This document shows, piece after piece, positions 23,756 through 32,310 of a stretch of 64,000 nt of DNA. Source of the DNA: Candidatus Multivoradales bacterium (lineage in GTDB: Bacteria > Acidobacteriota > Thermoanaerobaculia > Multivoradales > JAHEKO01). A program made the position numbers and the translations under genes. Numbering within the stretch: the first letter of the stretch is position 1; each line of letters begins with the position of its first letter. The stretch spans positions 224,001 through 288,000 of the forward strand of contig CBDCVR010000013.1 in NCBI GenBank assembly GCA_965223155.1. Direction: 5' to 3'. The notes beneath the pieces are model-generated. The model was not told the DNA's origin and ran no database searches. It worked only from the letters and a program-made list of their open reading frames with translations.

Positions 23756-24898
23756 ATGAATCTTGATTTGAGTGACGAGCAACAGCTGCTCAAGGACGAG
23801 GTCAACCGATTTGCCCGCGAGGTGGTAGCGCCGCGCGCCAAGGAGATCGACGAGTCGGGGATTTTCCCGGACGGCTTCTTCCAGCAGGCGGCCGAGTTGG
23901 GGCTCGCGGGTGTGGCCGTGCCCGAGCAGTATGGCGGCTCCGGGATGGACACCGTGTCCTACTGCGTGGCCATCGAGGAGATCAGCCGCTTCTGTGCCAC
24001 CAGCGGGGTGATCCTGTCGGTCAACAATTCGCTGGTCTGCGATCCGTTGCTCGAGTTCGCCAGCGAGGAGCAGAAGCACGAATTTCTGGAGCCGCTGGCG
24101 TCGGGCGCGAAGCTGGGCTGCTTTGCCCTGACCGAACCCGGAGCCGGCAGTGATGCCGCCGCCTTGAGGACGACGGCGAAGCGAGACGGCGACGACTACG
24201 TGCTGAACGGCAACAAGGTCTTCATCACCAACGGCACCGACGCCGATCTGGCCCTGGTCTTCGCGACCGTCGATCTCGAGCTCAAGCACAAGGGCATCAC
24301 GGCCTTCATCGTGCCTTGCGACACCGAGGGCTTCAGCCGTGGCACCCATGAGTACAAGCTGGGGGTCAACGCCTCCGGAACGACCGAGCTCGCCTTCGAA
24401 GACATGCGGGTGCCAGCGACCCAGAGGATCGGTGAGGAAGGCGACGGGTTCAAGATCGCCATGCGGACACTGGACGGAGGCCGTATCGGAATCGCCGCCC
24501 AGGCGGTGGGCATCGCGCAGGGAGCCTTTGACGAAGCCATGAGCTACGCGCAGGAGCGCGAGCAGTTCGGACGAGCGATCTCCAACTTCCAGGCGATTCA
24601 GTTTTACCTGGCCGACATGGCGACCGAGATCGACGCGGCTCGTTTCCTGACCTGGAAGGCCGCTTGGACCAAGGACGTCAAGAAGCGCTGCACGCTAGAG
24701 GCCGCTCAGGCCAAGCTCTATGCCTCGGAGATGGCCCAGCGGGTGACCAACAAGGCGCTCCAGATTCACGGCGGCTATGGCTATACCCGGGAGTACAACG
24801 TCGAGCGGTACTTCCGGGACGCCCGGATCACCGAGATCTACGAGGGCACGAGCGAGATCCAAAAGCTGGTTATCGCGGCCTCGGTGCTGGCGGACTAG
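23756..24898 (+). CDS. Short/branched-chain acyl-CoA dehydrogenase
   Basis: FALTEPGAGSDA, GNKVFITNG, REQFG, QIHGGYGY and IYEGTSEIQ. Confidence 0.95.
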   Translation: MNLDLSDEQQLLKDEVNRFAREVVAPRAKEIDESGIFPDGFFQQAAELGLAGVAVPEQYGGSGMDTVSYCVAIEEISRFCATSGVILSVNNSLVCDPLLEFASEEQKHEFLEPLASGAKLGCFALTEPGAGSDAAALRTTAKRDGDDYVLNGNKVFITNGTDADLALVFATVDLELKHKGITAFIVPCDTEGFSRGTHEYKLGVNASGTTELAFEDMRVPATQRIGEEGDGFKIAMRTLDGGRIGIAAQAVGIAQGAFDEAMSYAQEREQFGRAISNFQAIQFYLADMATEIDAARFLTWKAAWTKDVKKRCTLEAAQAKLYASEMAQRVTNKALQIHGGYGYTREYNVERYFRDARITEIYEGTSEIQKLVIAASVLAD

Positions 24899-25120
24899 CG
24901 GGCTGGTGGTAGACGCTCCCATGGTCGTTCGGCAGTGCCGCTCGTCGGGTCGGCGAGGCGCGAGTTCCTTGGACCCTCGTTTTGGGCTAGCCGGAGATCC
25001 CCCCCAACGCCGGCCGCCTGGGTCTCTGTCCCAGGTGGCCGTACCTTGGACCAGGCTCCACGACGTGCGCGGCGCGGCCGTCGGGACCACGGCTGTGAGC
25101 TGCTAGGTCCGGAGGCGGTG

Positions 25121-26293
25121 ATGGCGGGCGCGGACGGATCCATCGGTTTCGCCTTTGAGGAAGAAGAGGAGCTGCTGCGCCTCGAGGTGCGACGCTTCGC
25201 CGAAGAGCGCATCCGTCCCGGCGCGGCGGATCGGGATCACACCAAGACGTTCCCTGACGAGATCGTCGCCGAGATGGGCGAGATGGGGCTCTTGGGGATG
25301 ATGGTGCCGGAGGAGTACGGCGGCGCCGGCTTTTCGGTCTTGAGCTACGTGCTGGCGGTCGAGGAGCTGGCGGTCGTCTGTCCGTCTACCGCCGGCACCA
25401 TGAGCGTCACCAACTCGGTCTGTTGCTGGCCGATCGCGCACTTTGGAGCCGATGAGCTGAAGGCTCGGGTGCTGCCGGAGCTGGCCAGCGGCGAGGCGCT
25501 CGGTGGCTTCGGCCTGACCGAGCCGGGCTCGGGCTCGGACGCCGGATCGCTTCAGACCAGCGCCGTGCGCGACGGCGACTTCTGGGTGCTCAACGGAGAG
25601 AAGGCTTGGATCACCAACGCGGGCTTCGCTCGCTATTTCGTGGTGATGGCCAAGACCGACGCCGAGGCTGGCAAACGCGGTATCAGCGCCTTCGTGGTGC
25701 CGGCCGACGCGCCGGGATTCGAGATCGGCCAGCCGGAGAGGAAGTTGGGCCTCCACGCCTCGAACACCGCGCCTCTGGTCTTTCGAGATTGCCGCGTGCC
25801 CGCCGCCAATCTGATCGGGCGGGAAGGGCAGGGCTTCAAGATCGCGCTGGCGACCCTGGACCACTCCCGTCTGGGCATCGCCGCCCAGAGCGTGGGGATT
25901 CACCGGCGCGCGCTCGAGTTAGCCATTGCGTACGCTAAAGAGCGGGTGCAGTTCGGCCGGCCGATCGCCAAGCATCAGGCGATCCAGTTCAAGATCGCGA
26001 CCATGGCCACCGAGTTGGCCGCGGCGCGCACCCTGACCCATCGCGCGGCCCTGGCCGAGGGCCGAAAGGACGGGGGCAGGCTGGCATCCGAAGCCAAGCT
26101 CTTCGCCTCTGAGGCCGCCAATCGAGCCTGCTACGAAAGCCTTCAGATCCACGGCGGCAACGGCTTTTCGGAGGAGTACGAGATCGCTCGGCTCTACCGG
26201 GACGTGCGGGTGACGACCATCTATGAGGGCTCGAGTGAGATGCAGCGCCTGGTGATCGGCCGGCACCTGTTGCGTCGGCACTCGTCCCAATAA
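25121..26293 (+). CDS. Second acyl-CoA dehydrogenase
   Basis: FGLTEPGSGSDA, KAWITN, RVQFG, QIHGGNG and IYEGSSEMQ. GGAGG upstream. Confidence 0.94.
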   Translation: MAGADGSIGFAFEEEEELLRLEVRRFAEERIRPGAADRDHTKTFPDEIVAEMGEMGLLGMMVPEEYGGAGFSVLSYVLAVEELAVVCPSTAGTMSVTNSVCCWPIAHFGADELKARVLPELASGEALGGFGLTEPGSGSDAGSLQTSAVRDGDFWVLNGEKAWITNAGFARYFVVMAKTDAEAGKRGISAFVVPADAPGFEIGQPERKLGLHASNTAPLVFRDCRVPAANLIGREGQGFKIALATLDHSRLGIAAQSVGIHRRALELAIAYAKERVQFGRPIAKHQAIQFKIATMATELAAARTLTHRAALAEGRKDGGRLASEAKLFASEAANRACYESLQIHGGNGFSEEYEIARLYRDVRVTTIYEGSSEMQRLVIGRHLLRRHSSQ

Positions 26294-26310
26294 CGGCGGA
26301 GGGCGGCCGG

Positions 26311-27366
26311 GTGGCGATCAAAGGTAGGTTGGAGAAGGTGGGCCTGAGCTCCCTGCTGGAGCTTCTGGCGCTGTCGGGCGCGAGCGGACGAGTCAAGGTC
26401 GCGCAGCCCGCCGGCGAAGGGCTGATCGTTCTGCGCCAGGGCAAGGTGATCTTCGCCGCCTCCAGCTCGGTGCGGGAAACCCTCGGCCACATCCTGATCT
26501 GCAAAGGACACTTGTCGGAAGCCGGGCTGTCCCGGGCGCTCGAGATCCAGCACTCCTCCGAAGACGAACGCAGGCTCGGGACGATTCTGGTCGCCGAAGG
26601 ACTGGTCGCCCAGGAGACGCTCGAAGACTGTGTGATTCGCCAGAACCAGAAGGTGCTGCGCGAGCTCCTGGGCTGGACCCGTGGCTTCTATCGCTTCGAG
26701 CGCTTCGAGATTCCGGAGCTGGGCGAGATCGAGGTTCGCGCTCGTGAGTTTCTCTTGAAGGAAGGCATCTCGGCCGACCGGGTCGCGATCGAGGCGGTCG
26801 CCGACGAGCTGGAGCGGGACGAGCGCCAGCCCCAGCCCAGGCGCTCGCTGGGTAGCCTGATGCGGGAGTTCCGGACGCCGAGCTTCAGTGGCGAGGTGAC
26901 GTTGCCGCTGCTGCGATTTGCCCGCGGCTTGACCCGGCGCGGCGCGATCTTCAGCGCCAGCCCGCGGGGCTTTTCCGGAGTCGGGCAGTACGGTCTCGAG
27001 GCCGACGAGGCGCGGGCCGCGGCTCGCATCCGATCGGTCGTGGTCGGCCTGGGTGAGCCGTCCGTTTTTCGCGAAGCGATCGCCCGGCGCGAACCCAAGG
27101 TGCTGACCCCGAAGGACAACGCCGTGAACCGCCGTCTGCTGGACGAGCTCGGCGGCGGTTGGCCCCGAGAGGTGCTGCTGGCGCCACTCATCGTGAGCGG
27201 GCGGGTGCTGATGATCTTGTATGGGGACAACCTCCCCGGCGGCGAACCGATCGATTCGATCGAGGGCTTGGAGGAGGTCCTGTTGCACTCGGCTCTGGCC
27301 ATGGAGAAGAGCCTGCTCGACAAGCGGATGGAGTACGCGGTCGAGCTCCGCCGGGAAGACTCGTAG
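26311..27366 (+). CDS. DUF4388 (PatA-N-like) protein with tandem MshEN-like motifs and C-terminal GAF-like domain
   Basis: N-terminal [23 protein letters not shown]; TLGHIL..G..L...L..Q and [12 protein letters not shown]; C-terminal [17 protein letters not shown]. Confidence 0.75.
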   Translation: MAIKGRLEKVGLSSLLELLALSGASGRVKVAQPAGEGLIVLRQGKVIFAASSSVRETLGHILICKGHLSEAGLSRALEIQHSSEDERRLGTILVAEGLVAQETLEDCVIRQNQKVLRELLGWTRGFYRFERFEIPELGEIEVRAREFLLKEGISADRVAIEAVADELERDERQPQPRRSLGSLMREFRTPSFSGEVTLPLLRFARGLTRRGAIFSASPRGFSGVGQYGLEADEARAAARIRSVVVGLGEPSVFREAIARREPKVLTPKDNAVNRRLLDELGGGWPREVLLAPLIVSGRVLMILYGDNLPGGEPIDSIEGLEEVLLHSALAMEKSLLDKRMEYAVELRREDS

Positions 27367-27448
27367 ACGTCTTCACCGGGCGCGCCCGCCTGACGGATCT
27401 TGGGGCCTCTGCCAGCGCTATACTCAGCCTTTCCGGAAAGGACCTCGC

Positions 27449-29212
27449 ATGCCCGACGACCAGGATTCCCGAACCAAGTCCGCCGCGGTGCTCGAGCCGC
27501 CGGCGACCGAGGAGCCGGAGGCGGCGGAGTCTTCCGACGCTTCCGGCGCGACGGACGAGCTCACCGGCTCCCGCGAGCGCTGGGAGGCGGCGACGGCCAA
27601 GAGCCGCGAGCGCAGGCCCTACTGGAAAGAGGACTTCACCACCGTCTCGAGCATGACCATCCCGCATCTGGTGACTCCGGATCGGGTGGCCGATCTCGAT
27701 CCGCTCGAGGACATCGGGATTCCGGGCGAGTTTCCGTTCACCCGCGGCATTCATCCGACCGGCTATCGAGGCAAGCTGTGGACCATGCGGCAGTTCGCCG
27801 GCTTCGGCACGGCGGCCGACACCAACCAGCGCTTCAAGTACCTGCTGGAGCACGGCCAGACCGGTCTGTCGGTCGCCTTCCACCTGCCGACCCTCTACGG
27901 CTACGACTCGGATCACGAGATGGCCCGGGGCGAGGTGGGTAAGTGCGGCGTCGCGGTCGACAGCCTGGCCGACATGGAGACCCTGTTCGAAGGGATTCCG
28001 CTGGACCAGGTGACGACCTCGATGACCATCAACTCGACGGCCCCGATTCTCTTCGCCATGTACCTGGCGGTGGCCGAGAAGCAGGGCGCCGACATCCAGA
28101 AGCAGGTGGCCGGAACCCTGCAGAACGACATCCTGAAGGAGTACATCGCCCAGAAGGAGTACATCTATCCGCCCCGGCCGTCGATGCGCCTGATCACGGA
28201 TCAGTTCGCGTTCGCCGCCCAGGAGGTGCCGCGCTGGAACACGATCTCGATTTCCGGATACCACATCCGCGAGGCCGGATCGACGGCGCTGCAGGAGTTG
28301 GCGTTCACTCTGCGCGACGGCATGGAATACGTGGAATACGGTATCCGCGCGGGCCTCGACGTCGATTCGTTCGCTCCGCGGCTGTCCTTTTTCTTCAATA
28401 GTCACAACGACTTCTTCGAGGAGATCGCGAAGTACCGGGCGGCACGCAAGATCTGGGCGACGGTCATGCGTGATCGCTATGGTGCCCAGAACCCACGCTC
28501 CTGGATGCTTCGCTTCCACACCCAGACGGCCGGCTGTTCGTTGACCGCGCAGCAGCCGTACAACAACGTGGTGCGGACCACGATCCAGGCTCTAGCCGCG
28601 GTGCTGGGCGGTACCCAGTCGCTGCACACCAACTCGCTGGACGAGACCTTGGCTCTGCCAACCGAGGAGAACGCCCGGATCGCGCTTCGCACCCAGCAGA
28701 TCATCGCCCATGAGTCGGGCGCCGCGAACACCGTGGATCCGCTCGGCGGCTCGTACTTCATCGAAGAGATGACCCGGCGGATGGTGGAGGGCTCCTTCGA
28801 CTACTTCCGCCGGATCGATGAATTCGGCGGCATGGTCGAAGCGGTGGAGGCGGGTTTCCCGCAGCGCGAGATCATGGACGCCGCCTACCAGTACCAGCGC
28901 GCGATCGAGGACGAGACCAAGCTCATCGTGGGGGTCAATGCGTTCGAGCTCGAGGACGAGGAACCGCTCGACATCCTGTACATCTCGGACGATCTCGCCG
29001 ATCGGCAGACTGCCTCCCTCGACGGCGTCAAGGATCGCCGCGACGGCGGGACCGTCGAGCGGACGCTGGACGCGCTCCGCAAAGGAGCGTCCGGCGACGC
29101 CAACACGATGCCGCTGATCCTGGATTGCGTCCGTGCTTATGCGACCGTCGGGGAGATCGGCGACGCCATGCGGGACGTTTTCGGTACCTACGAGGAGCCC
29201 GCGGTTTTCTGA
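27449..29212 (+). CDS. B12-dependent acyl-CoA mutase large subunit, isobutyryl-CoA mutase (IcmA)-type
   Basis: [43 protein letters not shown] and GGTQSLHTN. Confidence 0.92.
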   Translation: MPDDQDSRTKSAAVLEPPATEEPEAAESSDASGATDELTGSRERWEAATAKSRERRPYWKEDFTTVSSMTIPHLVTPDRVADLDPLEDIGIPGEFPFTRGIHPTGYRGKLWTMRQFAGFGTAADTNQRFKYLLEHGQTGLSVAFHLPTLYGYDSDHEMARGEVGKCGVAVDSLADMETLFEGIPLDQVTTSMTINSTAPILFAMYLAVAEKQGADIQKQVAGTLQNDILKEYIAQKEYIYPPRPSMRLITDQFAFAAQEVPRWNTISISGYHIREAGSTALQELAFTLRDGMEYVEYGIRAGLDVDSFAPRLSFFFNSHNDFFEEIAKYRAARKIWATVMRDRYGAQNPRSWMLRFHTQTAGCSLTAQQPYNNVVRTTIQALAAVLGGTQSLHTNSLDETLALPTEENARIALRTQQIIAHESGAANTVDPLGGSYFIEEMTRRMVEGSFDYFRRIDEFGGMVEAVEAGFPQREIMDAAYQYQRAIEDETKLIVGVNAFELEDEEPLDILYISDDLADRQTASLDGVKDRRDGGTVERTLDALRKGASGDANTMPLILDCVRAYATVGEIGDAMRDVFGTYEEPAVF

Positions 29213-29334
29213 GCCGGGTTCTCGGCGGTCGCCGTTGACTCGATTCGGCGGCCGAAGGGCGTGCGCCGGCCCCCCGGGAATGAGCTGGAGACCGTCCCCG
29301 AGACGAAAGCTCGGCTGCTAGAATCGGCCGGCCT

Positions 29335-29751
29335 ATGAGCACGAACGCGCGCATTCTCATCGCCAAGCCCGGTCTCGATGGGCACGACCGCGGCGCCAAG
29401 GTGATCGCCCGAGCTCTGCGGGACGCCGGCTTCGAGGTCATCTACTCGGGCCTGCGCCAGAGCCCGGAACAGATCGTCGCCGCGGCGGTCCAGGAGGACG
29501 TGGCGGCGGTCGGAGTGTCGATTCTTTCCGGAGCCCACAACGTGCTGTTGCCGGAGATCACACAGGGTCTGGCCGAGGAAGGTGCTGGAGACATCCTCGT
29601 CTTCGCCGGCGGCATCATTCCCGAGCAGGACATCGGGCCGTTGAAGGAGGCGGGGATCGACGCGATCTTCCTGCCTGGCACCGCTACGGGAGACGTCGTG
29701 TCCTACCTGAATGAGCGGCTGGGCCTGAATGCGGTGGCGGGCGGTTCGTAG
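29335..29751 (+). CDS. Cobalamin-binding small subunit of the acyl-CoA mutase (IcmB-type)
   Basis: [10 protein letters not shown] (DxHxxG), SILSGAH and GGIIP. Confidence 0.94.
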   Translation: MSTNARILIAKPGLDGHDRGAKVIARALRDAGFEVIYSGLRQSPEQIVAAAVQEDVAAVGVSILSGAHNVLLPEITQGLAEEGAGDILVFAGGIIPEQDIGPLKEAGIDAIFLPGTATGDVVSYLNERLGLNAVAGGS

Positions 29752-29771
29752 CGGAAGCACCGGAGGGAGTT

Positions 29772-30524
29772 ATGAGCAGGAAGATTCTTCTCGCGGACGA
29801 CAGCGTCACGATTCGCAAAGTGGTCGAGCTGACGTTCATGGACGAGGACTACGACTTGGTAGCGGTTGCCAGCGGCGATGAGGCGCTGAGCACGCTGTCG
29901 AGCTCGACGGACCTCGTCATTACCGACGTCCACATGCCCGGGACCGATGGCTATGAGGTGTGCGAGACGGTCAAGGAGCGGTTCCCCGACAAGCCGGTTC
30001 TGCTTCTGGTGGGCACCTTTGAGGCGTTCGACGAGGAGCGCGCCGAGGAAGTCGGTGCCGACGATTTCTTGAAGAAGCCGTTCGACTCGCAGGAGCTGCT
30101 GGGGAAGGTCCGGAACCTGGTCGCCGCGCCCGCGGCCGCCGCTTCGCCGACGCCCGAGCTGACGCCGATCGAATCACCCTTGGCCGTTGCGGCGCCCGCC
30201 GGGGATGACGGTGGGACGGCAGACTTCGAGCCGGAAGACATGCCGGAGACTCCAGCGGCGGCCGACATGGTTGCCGAGCCCGCTTCAGAGCCTTCCCCGG
30301 AGCGCGCGGAGGTTGCGGCCGATTCCGCTTCCCAGGTCGCGTCTCCCGCCACCGCCGAGGCCCCGCTCGAGCTCTCGGACGAGACGGTGGATCGGATCGC
30401 GCGCCGCGTGGTCGAGCTCCTGTCCGAAGAGTCGATTCGCGACGTCGCCTGGGAGGTCATCCCCGATCTGGCGGAAGTCGTGATCAAGGAGCGTCTGGCC
30501 GAGCTCGAAGCCTACGACGAGTGA
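29772..30524 (+). CDS. RomR-like response regulator (receiver + Pro/Ala/Glu linker + conserved C-terminal helix)
   Basis: LADDSVTIRKVV, LLVGTFEAFDE, KPFDSQ, and C-terminal VAWEVIPDLAEVVIKE. Confidence 0.85.
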   Translation: MSRKILLADDSVTIRKVVELTFMDEDYDLVAVASGDEALSTLSSSTDLVITDVHMPGTDGYEVCETVKERFPDKPVLLLVGTFEAFDEERAEEVGADDFLKKPFDSQELLGKVRNLVAAPAAAASPTPELTPIESPLAVAAPAGDDGGTADFEPEDMPETPAAADMVAEPASEPSPERAEVAADSASQVASPATAEAPLELSDETVDRIARRVVELLSEESIRDVAWEVIPDLAEVVIKERLAELEAYDE

Positions 30525-31348
30525 CGCCGCCGGCGGACGCTTGGGGCCCGCAGCCTTTCGACGTCTGGTGCCGCTCGCTTCATCGCCAGGCAGCGGGCGA
30601 CCAACGCTGCTGGGTCCTGGTGCGCTCGGTCGATTCCACCAACTTGCTGGTGCGGTGTCTGCTTCTCCGGCAGGACGGCGAGGACCGGATCTCGAGCGGC
30701 ATCGGCGTCGTGGCCTACGAGCAGACCGCGGGCCGGGGCCGGCGTGGCAATCAGTGGTTGAGCACCGCCGGCCTGGGAATGTACCTGAGCCTGGGATATC
30801 CGGGTCTCGGCCTGACGAAGTTGCGGGCGCTGCCGCTGCTAGCGGCCCTCGGCGCCGCCGAGGCCGTCTCGGCCTGGATCGAACGTCGGGTCGAGCTCAA
30901 GTGGCCGAACGACCTGCGCGTCGGCGCGGCCAAGATTGGAGGCGTGCTCGTGGAAAGCGTCACGCGAGGCACCGGCAGGCTGGGTCAGTCCGCGGTCGGC
31001 AACGCGGTGGTGGGAGTCGGCGTCAACTGCCACCATCGCGAGCCCGATCTTCCCTTGGCCGAGAGCTCTTCCCTGGAGCTTCTGGGAGCCGGCGGCGTCG
31101 ATCCGGTGGCGCTGGCGTTCGACGTCGCCCGCGGTATCGATCGTGAGTTGGCCGCCGGGGACTGGCAGGACACGCTCGAGCGCTATCGAGAGCGCCTGCT
31201 GCACCGGCCCGGGGATCGGCTGCGCTGTCGGCATGGCGGCCGGGTCGTGAATGGACGGTTCGCCCGCGTCAACGAGCGCGCCGGCCTCGAGCTGGAAACC
31301 GAGGATGGTGTCGTCGAGCTGCTGTCGAGCGAGGTTATCGAGGGATGA
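30521..31348 (+). CDS. birA: Biotin--[acetyl-CoA-carboxylase] ligase, group I (no HTH)
   Basis: VDSTN, QTAGRGRRG, KWPNDL and KIGGVLVE. Confidence 0.92.
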   Translation: MTPPADAWGPQPFDVWCRSLHRQAAGDQRCWVLVRSVDSTNLLVRCLLLRQDGEDRISSGIGVVAYEQTAGRGRRGNQWLSTAGLGMYLSLGYPGLGLTKLRALPLLAALGAAEAVSAWIERRVELKWPNDLRVGAAKIGGVLVESVTRGTGRLGQSAVGNAVVGVGVNCHHREPDLPLAESSSLELLGAGGVDPVALAFDVARGIDRELAAGDWQDTLERYRERLLHRPGDRLRCRHGGRVVNGRFARVNERAGLELETEDGVVELLSSEVIEG

Positions 31349-32106
31349 ACGCTGATAGCGGAGGCGAACGGACGCCGGGCTCCGAGGGCGGTGGGGCGCA
31401 TGGCTACTTCCTGGCTCTCGAGGAGACCTTCATCCGACTCCGGGGAGCTCCGCTCCTGCTGTCGCCAGCCGATTGGCAAACGGCGCGCGCGTGGCTCGAG
31501 GAAGGCGTGCCTCTGGCGCTGGCGGTGCGGGTCATGGAGCAGGTGGCTGAGCGCTGGAAGGGAGCCGGGGTTGGCACGAGCGGCGCGGACGCCGGCGAGC
31601 CGGATCGGGAGCGCGTACGGCGCGGAGCCCTGGCCGGGATTCGGAGCCTGCGCTATTTCGACGGCGCGGTTCGGGGAGCCTGGCGGCGGGTGCGAGAGAT
31701 GGGTGGGGGCGGGGAGCGTTCGGATGCGCCCGTGTCCTGGGACGTGGATGCTCGCCTGCGTCGCCTGGCCGAGGCCGTCCCAGTGGATCTGCGCGACGCC
31801 GGCCGGCTGCGGGCGGCGGTGGTGGAGCTTCTGGGATCCGAGGCCGAAGTCGCGGAGGCTGCCCTGGCTCGCCTGGACCGGGACTTCCTGGATGCGGCGG
31901 TCGGGGATCTCTCCGCGGAGCGGCTGGAGACCGTGACCCGCTCGGTTGCCGCCGCGCGCGAGCGTCTGCGCGAGCGGATCGGAGCCGAGGAGCTCGAGGC
32001 CGTCGAGACGATGCTCCGCCGAAGCGCCGTGCGGGCCGAGCTGGGCCTGCCGACCCTGTCGCTGTTCGCGCCGGAGGCGGCGCCGGACACCGCGGGACAG
32101 AGCTAG
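31345..32106 (+). CDS. Conserved-looking hypothetical protein with a DnaD/DnaB_2-like N-terminal pattern
   Basis: ATGA overlap with birA. LLLSPADW...W...GVPL...IRSLRYF..AV..AW, then a helical C-terminus ending GLPTLSLF. Confidence 0.75.
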   Translation: MNADSGGERTPGSEGGGAHGYFLALEETFIRLRGAPLLLSPADWQTARAWLEEGVPLALAVRVMEQVAERWKGAGVGTSGADAGEPDRERVRRGALAGIRSLRYFDGAVRGAWRRVREMGGGGERSDAPVSWDVDARLRRLAEAVPVDLRDAGRLRAAVVELLGSEAEVAEAALARLDRDFLDAAVGDLSAERLETVTRSVAAARERLRERIGAEELEAVETMLRRSAVRAELGLPTLSLFAPEAAPDTAGQS

Positions 32107-32120
32107 AGCACGCCGCTTTC

Positions 32121-32160
32121 GACCGGCTCCGAGTGGCTCCGACTGGCTCCGACTGGCCCG
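32121..32160. repeat. Tandem 10-bp repeat x4 upstream of comEC
   Basis: GACCGGCTCC GAGTGGCTCC GACTGGCTCC GACTGGCCCG. Confidence 0.8.
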
Positions 32161-32310
32161 GGGGATGTCGAAGCCGTCGGACCAACCGACCAGCTCGGTC
32201 GGGCTGGTCTCGGCTCACCTTGGATTGAGGTCCGGCTCGAGTCCGCTTCCCGAGGTCCGGTCTGATTCGGCAACGCCAGATTCGAGCGGCCTGGAAGCGT
32301 CTCGACAAGT

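Noticed and set aside
25012-25040. Strong hairpin GGCCGCCTGGG/CCCAGGTGGCC between the two acyl-CoA dehydrogenases
   Set aside because: It is a single copy with no U tract and no similarity to other intergenic hairpins, so it gives no support for a REP or MITE family.
29213-29334. Possible readthrough or frameshift joining the mutase subunits, or a cobalamin riboswitch
   Set aside because: The subunits are out of frame, the small one has its own -10 element, two-subunit mutases are normal, and no B12-box was seen.
32121-32160. Short repeats as a CRISPR array
   Set aside because: These are contiguous 10-bp units with no spacers, and there are no cas genes.
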